DNA of 57,349 bases from a virus (Duplodnaviria; Caudoviricetes), in IMG/VR virus record IMGVR_UViG_3300032213_002371, positions 1 to 57,349 of that record; one strand, written 5' to 3'. The translations under genes and the position numbers were made by a program. Below are positions 1-8,697 of this stretch, piece by piece. The notes under the pieces are model-generated. The model did no database searches. It was not told the origin of the DNA and worked only from the letters and a program-made list of their open reading frames with translations. Within the stretch, counting starts at the first letter, position 1. Each line of letters opens with the position of its first letter.

Positions 1-138
1 CCGGTGCTCGTCGGCGCGCTCGGTGCGGCGATCCTGACGACCAGCGTCGCGATCGACATCGGACCTACTGGGCGCGTCACCGGAGCCGTAGTAGGCTTGG
101 CGGCCGTCGGCACAGGGATCGTTCTCGCGTTGCCGTAG
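1..138 (+). CDS. 3' end of a small hydrophobic (membrane) protein, truncated by the window edge
   Basis: Frame 1 reads PVLVGALGAAILTTSVAIDIGPTGRVTGAVVGLAAVGTGIVLALP* with two hydrophobic segments; stop overlaps the RBS (AGGAG) of the next gene. Confidence 0.6.
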   Translation, partial: PVLVGALGAAILTTSVAIDIGPTGRVTGAVVGLAAVGTGIVLALP

Positions 139-147
139 GAGAAAACC

Positions 148-321
148 ATGGCGAAGAAGAAGATGACGAAGTTGAAGGCAGGCAAGGCGTTCCGCAAGGC
201 GCTCAAGGCCGCCGACCGCGCGTGCAGCGGCAAGAAGGCTTCCTCGAAGAAGTGCAAGACGGCCATGGGCCGCGTGTACGCGACGAAGCGCCACCTGACG
301 AAGTACGTCGGGACGATGTAG
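148..321 (+). CDS. Small Lys-rich basic protein (57 aa, two Cys), putative virion DNA-binding protein
   Basis: Manual translation MAKKKMTKLKAGKAFRKALKAADRACSGKKASSKKCKTAMGRVYATKRHLTKYVGTM; AGGAG RBS upstream; absent from the ORF track. Confidence 0.7.
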   Translation: MAKKKMTKLKAGKAFRKALKAADRACSGKKASSKKCKTAMGRVYATKRHLTKYVGTM

Positions 322-323
322 TC

Positions 324-518
324 ATGTCCGACAAGCCGCGCACCGCCTGCGAGACCCAGTATTTCAATCAGGCCATGAGCGACATCAAGCGGCTCATGGA
401 AGCGGGTCCGTGGAAGGCGGCGATGGCGGCCTATCAGGGCCAGTATCCCGAGTGGATGCTGTACGCCGTCAAGCAGCACGCGCTGTACTACGCGCGAGAG
501 AAGTGCGCGGGGAGATAG
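324..518 (+). CDS. Hypothetical protein (64 aa)
   Basis: ATG directly after the previous stop, within ORF 222..518; tight packing. Confidence 0.6.
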   Translation: MSDKPRTACETQYFNQAMSDIKRLMEAGPWKAAMAAYQGQYPEWMLYAVKQHALYYAREKCAGR

Positions 519-521
519 TCC

Positions 522-989
522 ATGGCTTTCCCTTGGCAGGTTGAGAAGGCGCTCCGCGGGCTCGGCTCGCAGATGTACACGCATGGCGAGTTCTTCGGGG
601 CCGCGGGCGCGGGCATCCTGATCCGCGCCGACGACACCGGGCGCTTCCTCCTGATGCACCGAAGCAGGCACGTCAACGAGCCGAATACTTGGGGCATCCT
701 CGGCGGCGCCATCGAAGGCGGGGAAGACCCCCGGCTTGCCGCCGAGCGCGAAGCCTACGAGGAAGCCAAGGCCAAGGACGTGCGCGTCGAAGACGAGCCC
801 TTCTACACCTTCGCGAAGGGCAGCTTCCGGTTCTTCAACTATCTCGGCCACGTCCCTCGCGAGTTCACGCCCAAGATGGACTGGGAATCGCAGGGCTACA
901 AGTGGGTTCACCTTGACGACCTGCCGCGCCCGCTGCATCCCGGCGTGGTGGCGTTCCTGCCCGCGCTGAAGCAGCGCTACGAGCGGTAG
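522..989 (+). CDS. Nudix hydrolase with a short N-terminal leader
   Basis: Nudix box GGAIEGGEDPRLAAEREAYEE, upstream AGAGILI..LLMHRS..W, downstream E....WV..DDLP.PLHPG. Confidence 0.9.
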   Translation: MAFPWQVEKALRGLGSQMYTHGEFFGAAGAGILIRADDTGRFLLMHRSRHVNEPNTWGILGGAIEGGEDPRLAAEREAYEEAKAKDVRVEDEPFYTFAKGSFRFFNYLGHVPREFTPKMDWESQGYKWVHLDDLPRPLHPGVVAFLPALKQRYER

Positions 990-990
990 C

Positions 991-1761
991 ATGTGGCAAC
1001 CCGGTTGGCGCCGCCCGACGGCCCTCGGATCTCTCGGGCAGAACGAGATCCTCGCGCAGAAGATCTCGGGCCCGAAGGGCTCGAACCCCGGCGGCATTTA
1101 CCGCGGCGCCGACGGGGTCGAGCGCTACGTCAAGTTCTACACGTCGGCGATGCAGTCGGCCGGTGAAGTGCTGGCGAACCGCATCTACAACGACCTCGGC
1201 TTCATCGCACCCGACGCCGTCTTGCTCCAGATGGCAGACGGGAAGTTCCTCTACGCCTCGACGATGATCCCGAACCTCCGGCCGTACGACTACACCAAGC
1301 CGCAAGCCGTCGAGTTCCTGAAGGGCTTCCCGGTTGACGTCCTGACGATGAACTGGGACGTCTGCGGGATGGACAACGACAACTTCGCCTACCGTCCCGA
1401 CGGACGCGCGGTGCGCCTCGACAACGGCGCGTCGTTCCTGTCGCGCGCTCGTGGCTCGCGCAAGGACACGAAGTACCTGCTCGCCGTGAACGAGTACCAG
1501 TGGTTCATCCACCCGAAGCCCGGCTTCTACGATGCGATGGACCGCTACGGCGAGATCGCCGCACTCGCTGGAATCGATTCGGGTTCCGGCGTACCGGCGT
1601 ACTCGTCGACCGTCGCACGCATCGCCGCGCTGAAGGCGAAGCACGGCGGCTGGGAGCACTACGTCGCGCAGTACGCGCCGCTGTTCGAGCTTCGCGACGC
1701 CCAGATGGTCGTCGAGATGCTGAACGTGCGCCTCGCGTTCCTCCAGTCGAAGGTGCGTTAG
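991..1761 (+). CDS. HipA/PI3K-like atypical kinase-fold protein
   Basis: Gly-rich loop GSNPGGIY, YVK lysine, EVLANRIY helix, NWDVCG..NDN catalytic-loop-like and RLDNG metal-binding-like motifs. Confidence 0.65.
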   Translation: MWQPGWRRPTALGSLGQNEILAQKISGPKGSNPGGIYRGADGVERYVKFYTSAMQSAGEVLANRIYNDLGFIAPDAVLLQMADGKFLYASTMIPNLRPYDYTKPQAVEFLKGFPVDVLTMNWDVCGMDNDNFAYRPDGRAVRLDNGASFLSRARGSRKDTKYLLAVNEYQWFIHPKPGFYDAMDRYGEIAALAGIDSGSGVPAYSSTVARIAALKAKHGGWEHYVAQYAPLFELRDAQMVVEMLNVRLAFLQSKVR

Positions 1762-1795
1762 TCCGGCGTCACGGCCGAGGGTATAGTGCTCGGCC

Positions 1796-2971
1796 ATGGC
1801 CACGCCGATCGTACCCGACCATCTCGCGATCATCTTCGACCCCGAAAACTACGACTCGTGGCGTCATCTCGCGAACGGCTACTTGTACCTGCCGAGCGGG
1901 GCGAAGACGGGCACGGGGGTACAGGCGATCGGCCTCACCGGCAACCTCGGCCTGTCTGGACCCATCGGCAACTTCTGGTCGGGCCAGAACGCCATCCTCG
2001 TGATGCCCGGCAAGGACGTGAAGCGGCTCAACAAGCTCGCGGCCGTGCGCTACGCCAACGTCGATGCGCTGGTCGCCGACAACTTCAGGGCGTTCCGGCG
2101 TATCCGAGACGCGGCCCACGTTGACTACATCGCCGAGTACGTTGCCGAGGTGCTGGTAGCCTCGGCCTCGCCGGAACTCCGAGCCCGCATCTACGACCAG
2201 ACGCGCGCGGACGCGAACTCGCTCCGCGTGGGCGTCGAGGCGATCTGGCTGATCACCAGTCAGTCGGGTCGCCAAATCGTCGAAGTGAGCCGCGAGATCT
2301 ATGGCCGGTTCATCCAGCGGGCCGGGCGCTTCTTCACGTTCAACGAAATGTTGGTGAGCCTGAATCGATTCGTGCCCGAAGGCGCGCAGATGCTCGTGGA
2401 CATGCTCCCGCCGAAGAAGCCCACGGCGGCGGCGTTCTACTGGGCCTTCGCGCCGATGAAGACGAAGATCCCGCTCAACAAGATCGAGATGTCTCTCGAC
2501 AAGAAGGAAGGCTACTCGCCGGTCACGGTGGGCCAACTCCGTGCCGCCGCAGCATCGATGACCAGCCGCGTGCCCGCCTACTTCGGCAAGGCCCTTCGCG
2601 ACACGATCGAAGAAGAAGGCAGCGGCTTCTCGTTCGAGGTCGAGTGGCTCGCGAACCCGACCTACGATCCTGCGACTCGCGGCTACAGCGTCTTCATGCG
2701 CGTGCCACCGGGCTCGATCCTCTACACGATCGGCCGCGACCCCAAGCGTGACCTGTTGCAAGCCGTGCCTCTCTCCGTCCGCGGCATCTGGGTCATCAAC
2801 ATCCCCGATGAGATGGACAAGTTCGAGTTCCGCGATCAGCGCGTGCGGGACATCATCCACGACTACAACGAGGGCGACATCGAACTCGATGGGCTCTACG
2901 CTGCGATGCGTAAGCTCCGCGTTGACGTCCTCGCGCCCAACATCTACTGGACCACTCGGATCGAGAAGTAG
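1796..2971 (+). CDS. Hypothetical protein, paralogous to the N-terminal ~420 aa of the downstream 1527-aa protein; possible ADP-ribosyltransferase-like fold
   Basis: Colinear shared blocks with 2980..7563 (GV..IG...N, FW, FR..RI, SGFS.E.EW, VL.APN.[YF]WT); the ART call rests only on the ExE motif. Confidence 0.7.
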   Translation: MATPIVPDHLAIIFDPENYDSWRHLANGYLYLPSGAKTGTGVQAIGLTGNLGLSGPIGNFWSGQNAILVMPGKDVKRLNKLAAVRYANVDALVADNFRAFRRIRDAAHVDYIAEYVAEVLVASASPELRARIYDQTRADANSLRVGVEAIWLITSQSGRQIVEVSREIYGRFIQRAGRFFTFNEMLVSLNRFVPEGAQMLVDMLPPKKPTAAAFYWAFAPMKTKIPLNKIEMSLDKKEGYSPVTVGQLRAAAASMTSRVPAYFGKALRDTIEEEGSGFSFEVEWLANPTYDPATRGYSVFMRVPPGSILYTIGRDPKRDLLQAVPLSVRGIWVINIPDEMDKFEFRDQRVRDIIHDYNEGDIELDGLYAAMRKLRVDVLAPNIYWTTRIEK

Positions 2972-2979
2972 GAGACGCC

Positions 2980-5900
2980 ATGTCCTTCGGCATCGCCCCC
3001 AAGGCCCGCACTCCGTTCAAGGCCCCGGCCGTGGGCTACACGCGACGTGACCCGGACAACATCGGCATCGCGATCAAGTTCAGCCCGCCGCCCTCCGTCT
3101 TCTCGGGCGCCTACAAGTACGATCCCGAGTGGACGCTCAAGAACTTCGCCAAGCGCCGCATCTTCGCACCTCCCGGCGGTCACGGCGGCGCGAGTGGCGG
3201 CGTTCCCACGATCGGCTTCTCCGAGAACTTCGGATCGACGGGCTTCTGGGAAAACAACGGCTTCTACTTGACGATGGATGGCTCAGCGTTCTTCCACTAC
3301 GAGGATGGACGGCCGCGTAACCGAAACGTCATCGAAGCGACCTACACCGACTCTGCCTATGCCGACCGCTTCATCGCTTACGGCTTCCGCTACGCGAAGC
3401 GAATCGCGAATGACTCGTCGACGGGGAACTCCCTCATCCGGCAGGTGGCGCGCTCCCTCGCCTTCGCGGCCCTCATGGACCGCCGGGAACTGCTGACGGC
3501 CGAGTGGAACAACGTGCCGATGCTGCCCGACACCGTGTCGCGCATCATCAACGACTACGGGTTCATCCCGGCACTGGATGCGGCGTACACCTATCGCAGC
3601 GCGGCCGAACTGATCTCGGCGCTCCGCGTGTTCCTGTTCGACTACTTCAACTCGAACTACAAGAAGGACTACCCGGACTACGTCTACTCGGCCTACGACG
3701 TCACTCAGATCAACGACGCTTTGCCTGACGGGCGCAAGGTTCCGGCCGGTCCTTTGAAGCTCTCGTTCGCGCGCGAATCGATTCTCAAGGCCATGAGCCG
3801 ACTTCGCAGCGGCAAGTTCCTCGACGCGAAGGGCATCAGCGAACTCGTCGATCACACGCGCTCGGAGGCGCGTCAGCTCATCTCCGGGTTCTCGGGCGAG
3901 CGTGAGTGGGCCGCTTTCGAGCCCAAGCGCACCTTCGAGCGCCGAATCAAGGGTGAGCAACTGACGACTGCCGAGGGCGCTGAAGGCGGCGGCATCATCG
4001 TCGCGATTCCGCCTCTCAGCCTGCTCGTGTGGAACGACTCCGGCGACAGCCGGAAGCGCGAGTTGTTCGACAAGTACGTCTCGCAGTGGACCTTCGCGGG
4101 GCTGTTCGTCGCGCGCACCAAGACTGCGAGCAGGAGTGAACTCAAAGACCTGTGGCAAGCGCTCAGGGACAACAACTTCGCGCGGGCCGAGGTCAACTGC
4201 GATGTGCTCTACGCCCCGAACCCGTTCTGGACGGCCCAACTGTCCGGCATGAAGACCGTCGAAGTGCCGAATCTGCCGAACTTCGGCTACGGCGGCACCG
4301 CGGACGCGCTGGCCGCGCTTCTTCGCAAGCGCTACCGCGACTGGGACGATCTGCGGAGCAACGAGACGTTCCCCGGTGGTGACGCACTCGAACTTCAGAC
4401 GTGGGTGCGCGAGAACGTCGTCACGCCGGACCAGTACGCCGATCCGCAGTACACCGGACTTCAGGCCCTCATCGCAGAGTCGTGGAAGGCTACGCGCTCG
4501 CCGCTCATGGCTGGCGACCTCTACTACAGCGACTACGCCCGCCTCCTCATCGGCAAGCCTGCGAACGGTGGGTCGGTCACGGTGTCTATGCCGACGCAGC
4601 CGCCGGGTGTGCCGATCCTGCGTTCAAGCGACGCCGAGTTCGTGCGCTCGACGATGCCGTCCGACCTTCGTGCGCGAGCAGGCTCCGACGATCTGCCGAG
4701 CATCCTGAAAGCGCAGGAGTGGTTCAGCGTCCACTACGATCCGGCGAGTGACGTGGCACCCGTGTACCTCGACCCGACGAACCTCGTGCAGACGGCGCTC
4801 ATCAAGATCTCGTGGGTCGAGCAGTTCATGGCCCTGAAGATGACCGAGCCGAAGCTCAAGAACGCGCGGGTCTACGACAACGGCGCCTACGTCTGGAAGC
4901 TCATGTACGCCGGTCAGAGCATCTACGGCGGCGACGTCTACCTCGATCCGAACAACGTACCCGAAGACGTCGTCAAAGCGATCCATCCGGTCCCGCCGAC
5001 CATGGACGAAATCAAGCGCGGGCTTCTGGCCGTGGACACCATGGACGTCGCCTTCGGCGGCCGAGAGCCGTTCGAGGCCTACGTCTGGAATCGATTCGGC
5101 CGTCGCAAGTTTGGTCCGGCCAACGCCGACATCATCATCTACCTCTACGAGAACATCGAAGCCGTTTATCGGGTCGCCGAATACTCCGACATGACGCCGC
5201 GCATGGTCGAGTCCATCGCAGCACAGAAGGGCATCCCGCCGCTGCCGGAAGATCCGCAGGATCACCCAATCGGCGATCGGATGCGCGTCGTCGAGTACAT
5301 CCAAGCGCGGGCCATCACGAGCCTGAACTCGACCGGCATCCAGAACGTGCTCGATCGCGCGCGGGAGATGTCGGGCATCGACCTCGACGGCAACCTCACG
5401 CCACGAAGCATCGACGAGGCGATGAACACGCTGACCTACGGGACGCAGCCGGTCTTCGCGCTCGGAGAGAGGTTCGTCAACGCGCGGTCCCGCCCCTACA
5501 ACATCGTGGGCCAAGCCACGGCCGACGTGTTCGTGAAGAAGCTCATCCCGAACTTCTCGGACTACAAGTTGACGGGGCGATCGTTCGCGAACGAGGTCGC
5601 GGCCTACAACGACTCCTACAGTTACTCCGACGCGACGATCGAGCAGATGCTCGCCTTCGTGCGGAAGTTCCCGCCGGGCGTCGAGGTGCCGTACTTCCGC
5701 TCGCGCGGCGACTACGAGGAGTTCCTCACGCGTCAGGTCGGCGATCTTACGGTGCCGTCGGACCTGAGCGACGCCACGGAGAAGATCCGCAGCATCGACG
5801 TGTCAGAGGGCGGCTGGCGGTGGGCGACGAAGGAGTCGCTCGTCGCCATCGCGCGCAGCCTTGGCCTCTCGGTTCGCGACGACTGGGCCGACGGTGCGCC

Positions 5901-7563
5901 GCTCGCTCCGTTCTTCACGCGGGAGGAAGCCAAGGCGTTCGGCGAGAATCGATTCGGCAAGAAGCAGGGCTACAAGATCCTCATCAAGATCGCCGACAAG
6001 ATCGGCAAGGGCGGCGTCGCTGATCTCACGCGCGCCGAGGTCGAGGAGTACGGCCCCGAGTTCTACGAACAGCCGAAGCCGATGCACCCGCTCGTGCCGG
6101 TTTGGCCGGGCTATCACCAGTCTGACCCGACGGGCGCCCTGATGGTGTATCTCGGCTCCGACGGTGACAGCTCTGGCCTCGCCGACAAGTACGAACTTCC
6201 GTCTCCCACGATGCGCCTGATCGTGAAGACGGTCCTCAACAAGTCGCCGATGGACATCACCTTCGAGGACATCTCGGACTTCGTCTACGACTACCCGCCC
6301 GGCTCGCCGCAGTTCGAGTCGCTGAAGACCGACGAGGAGTACAAGAACCGCGAGCTTTTCGTTCATCTCGTCGACCGGTACGGCGGCAACGAGTCCGAGG
6401 CGTACGACTACCAGAGCACGGCCATGAAGCACTACGCGAAGCGCTTCCTCGGCGAAGGCGGCAGCGTAGAGGAGATGACGATCGGGCAGGTCCGCGACGC
6501 TGCGAAGGACTTCGTGAAGGGCGGCTTCGACATGGCCGACCTGCCGTTTATGAACCCGACGAAGACGAAGGAGTACGTCGAGTTGAGGACCGGCAGCGGG
6601 ACGTTCACGCAGGTCGCCGCCATCGTGACGAAGAAGACCGGCAAGGGCTACACGGGCGACTTCACGCCGAATGAGGTCGACGCTGCGATCGAGGTGTTCA
6701 GGGCGCAGCCGCAGGCGCAGGCCCAGACGATCGCTACGAAGTACGTCCCGGCCGTGCCGCAACCTGACACGCTGTTGGGCGGCGAGTTCGTGGTTCGCGG
6801 CCCCAAGTGGGGCTGGGGCGATCAGGACGGCGGTCCCGGCAACGTGGGGACGGTGCTGTACCAGACCGACATGGCGAACTGGTTTCGTGTGACGTGGCCC
6901 AACGGCTACACGGACAGCTATCGCTACAACCCGTGGGGCGGCATGTTCGACCTCACCGTGGTCGTGCCGCAAGGAACGGGGCAGAAGAAGTGGTCCCCGG
7001 TCACCGTCGAGGACGTGATCGCCATGGCTGAGGGCCTCGACAAGCCGATCGGAAGCATCGACGCCATCAACGAGTTCCTCAAGGCCGAGATCGCGAAGCG
7101 GGGCCTTGAGCCGCTCAAGGCGTCGTATCGGATCAAGGTCAGGGCAAAGGCCACTACGATGACCGGCAAGGAGATCGAGGCCCTGACGAAGAGTGACATC
7201 CTGCAAGCGCTGGATGCGCTGGGTTACACGGCTGGGACTGCCGAGCAGATTGACCTGTTCCAGAAGGCGCTCGGCCCCGCCGTCTCCGAGCTTGACCAGC
7301 CTTTCGGGACCGAGGCCAAGGCCGTGAAATACGTCAAGTCGGTGCTCGGGGACTACCAGATCGAGAAGACCTTGGACAACATCGAGATCCTGATCGTTCG
7401 GGCCTACCAGAACACGGGCAAGTCCGACAAGGAAGCGTTGAGCAAGAACGACGTCAACACGGCACTTGACCAGTTGCGGCAGGAGAAGATTTTCGAGAGC
7501 GTCGTGCCGGGCAGTGGCTTCAGCGGAATCGATTCGCGGCCCGTGTGGCCACGGTGGGCGTGA
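2980..7563 (+). CDS. Large multidomain protein (1527 aa): ART-like N-terminus, internal duplication, short helical repeats, MIB/HERC2 domain
   Basis: Long ORF with AGGAG RBS; MIB/HERC2 signature VVRGPKWGWGDQDGG...GTV...VTW.NG...YRY...FDL near aa 1270-1325. Confidence 0.85.
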   Translation: MSFGIAPKARTPFKAPAVGYTRRDPDNIGIAIKFSPPPSVFSGAYKYDPEWTLKNFAKRRIFAPPGGHGGASGGVPTIGFSENFGSTGFWENNGFYLTMDGSAFFHYEDGRPRNRNVIEATYTDSAYADRFIAYGFRYAKRIANDSSTGNSLIRQVARSLAFAALMDRRELLTAEWNNVPMLPDTVSRIINDYGFIPALDAAYTYRSAAELISALRVFLFDYFNSNYKKDYPDYVYSAYDVTQINDALPDGRKVPAGPLKLSFARESILKAMSRLRSGKFLDAKGISELVDHTRSEARQLISGFSGEREWAAFEPKRTFERRIKGEQLTTAEGAEGGGIIVAIPPLSLLVWNDSGDSRKRELFDKYVSQWTFAGLFVARTKTASRSELKDLWQALRDNNFARAEVNCDVLYAPNPFWTAQLSGMKTVEVPNLPNFGYGGTADALAALLRKRYRDWDDLRSNETFPGGDALELQTWVRENVVTPDQYADPQYTGLQALIAESWKATRSPLMAGDLYYSDYARLLIGKPANGGSVTVSMPTQPPGVPILRSSDAEFVRSTMPSDLRARAGSDDLPSILKAQEWFSVHYDPASDVAPVYLDPTNLVQTALIKISWVEQFMALKMTEPKLKNARVYDNGAYVWKLMYAGQSIYGGDVYLDPNNVPEDVVKAIHPVPPTMDEIKRGLLAVDTMDVAFGGREPFEAYVWNRFGRRKFGPANADIIIYLYENIEAVYRVAEYSDMTPRMVESIAAQKGIPPLPEDPQDHPIGDRMRVVEYIQARAITSLNSTGIQNVLDRAREMSGIDLDGNLTPRSIDEAMNTLTYGTQPVFALGERFVNARSRPYNIVGQATADVFVKKLIPNFSDYKLTGRSFANEVAAYNDSYSYSDATIEQMLAFVRKFPPGVEVPYFRSRGDYEEFLTRQVGDLTVPSDLSDATEKIRSIDVSEGGWRWATKESLVAIARSLGLSVRDDWADGAPLAPFFTREEAKAFGENRFGKKQGYKILIKIADKIGKGGVADLTRAEVEEYGPEFYEQPKPMHPLVPVWPGYHQSDPTGALMVYLGSDGDSSGLADKYELPSPTMRLIVKTVLNKSPMDITFEDISDFVYDYPPGSPQFESLKTDEEYKNRELFVHLVDRYGGNESEAYDYQSTAMKHYAKRFLGEGGSVEEMTIGQVRDAAKDFVKGGFDMADLPFMNPTKTKEYVELRTGSGTFTQVAAIVTKKTGKGYTGDFTPNEVDAAIEVFRAQPQAQAQTIATKYVPAVPQPDTLLGGEFVVRGPKWGWGDQDGGPGNVGTVLYQTDMANWFRVTWPNGYTDSYRYNPWGGMFDLTVVVPQGTGQKKWSPVTVEDVIAMAEGLDKPIGSIDAINEFLKAEIAKRGLEPLKASYRIKVRAKATTMTGKEIEALTKSDILQALDALGYTAGTAEQIDLFQKALGPAVSELDQPFGTEAKAVKYVKSVLGDYQIEKTLDNIEILIVRAYQNTGKSDKEALSKNDVNTALDQLRQEKIFESVVPGSGFSGIDSRPVWPRWA

Positions 7564-7597
7564 CGGGGTACACTCGGCCGCCTGTAGGAGACCGTTC

Positions 7598-7972
7598 ATG
7601 GCGAAGCGCAAGAAGCCAGTGAAGCGTCGCGGACTTGGGGCACTCCCCAAGGAAGTCGGCCGCGGAGCCCCGCGTGAGTCGGCCGTCTACCTGAAGGACA
7701 AGGCTGCGGCGTCGCGTGAGTTGAAGGCCATCGTCCCCGGTGATGCGCGGCAGTACGACGCGGCAAAGAAGGCGTTCTCGAAGGAGATCGCCGACAAGCA
7801 CTGTTCGCTCGCCCTCACGGCCCTCTCGAACGCGGCGTTCTCGGCCGGTGTCGCGCGGGCCTCGGCCGTCGCTCGCGGCGAGCCCGGTGGCGCCGAGGAC
7901 CTCTACAACGACTTCGTCGCCCAGCGAGACGAGTACCTCGCGATCTGCCACCCTGAGAAAAAGAGCAAGTAG
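7598..7972 (+). CDS. Small basic helical protein with two conserved Cys (paralog family with 7982..8377 and 53774..54121)
   Basis: AGGAG RBS then MAKRKKPVKRRGLGALP; motif C..A...L..AA.SAG...C. Confidence 0.75.
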   Translation: MAKRKKPVKRRGLGALPKEVGRGAPRESAVYLKDKAAASRELKAIVPGDARQYDAAKKAFSKEIADKHCSLALTALSNAAFSAGVARASAVARGEPGGAEDLYNDFVAQRDEYLAICHPEKKSK

Positions 7973-7981
7973 GAGACTGAC

Positions 7982-8377
7982 ATGGCCCTTGGATTCTCGC
8001 CCTCCCAGCACCGCAAGCGCTCGCGCAGCTACAACGCGAGCACCTCGACGATCCTGAAGTCGCTTCAGAAGGCCGTCGCCAAGGGCAACTGCCCCGGCGC
8101 GCGCTCGATGCTCGTCGAGGCTTCGATCACGGCGGGTGCCGCTTACGCCGAGGACTTCGACATCGGCCGCAAGAAGAAGAAGTCCATCTCGGCGCACCCG
8201 GCGATCAAGGCTGTCCGCGCTGCGAAGAAGCTGATGCAGGCGAAGTGCCCGACGAAGGCGAAGAAGTCTGGTGGCAGCTTCAAGAAGATGAGCAAGGCCG
8301 AGGCCAAGAAGTTCGACAAGGTGCTGAAGAAGGCCGCCAAGGGCAAGATCAAGGGCGCGAAGGTCGGAAAGTTCTAA
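7982..8377 (+). CDS. Small very basic protein, same Cys-containing family, Lys-rich tail
   Basis: AGGAG RBS; LG..P..HR, GNCPGARSMLVEASITAG and second Cys in QAKCP. Confidence 0.75.
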   Translation: MALGFSPSQHRKRSRSYNASTSTILKSLQKAVAKGNCPGARSMLVEASITAGAAYAEDFDIGRKKKKSISAHPAIKAVRAAKKLMQAKCPTKAKKSGGSFKKMSKAEAKKFDKVLKKAAKGKIKGAKVGKF

Positions 8378-8380
8378 GCC

Positions 8381-8602
8381 ATGGACGTCATCCACCCCGT
8401 CAGGCTGTACGCTGCGCCACCGGACCAGCCCGCCGCCCCGTCGGCGAAGGCGCTGATCCTGCCGCTCGCGATCTTCGCGGCCATCGGGCTCGTCCTCTAC
8501 AAGACGGCGTCGAGTGACTTCGCGGAAGAAGATCGACGCAGGAAGAACCCCGTGCGCGGCATCCAGACGCGGGAAGACTACGAACGCTTTTTGGCATCCT
8601 GA
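8381..8602 (+). CDS. Small single-pass membrane protein
   Basis: Hydrophobic segment ALILPLAIFAAIGLVLY. Confidence 0.65.
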   Translation: MDVIHPVRLYAAPPDQPAAPSAKALILPLAIFAAIGLVLYKTASSDFAEEDRRRKNPVRGIQTREDYERFLAS

Positions 8603-8620
8603 CCGACAGGCCGGTAGAAC

Positions 8621-8666
8621 GAAAAAAGGGGGCTGACGGCTGAAAACTCCGTCGGCCCCCAGTTTT
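8621..8666. terminator. Probable bidirectional intrinsic terminator between convergent genes
   Basis: AAAAAA-GGGGGCTGACGG...CCGTCGGCCCCC-AGTTTT stem flanked by A and T tracts. Confidence 0.75.
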
Positions 8667-8697
8667 GTTCGCGGGAACTTTCCGCGTTGCGGACTAT

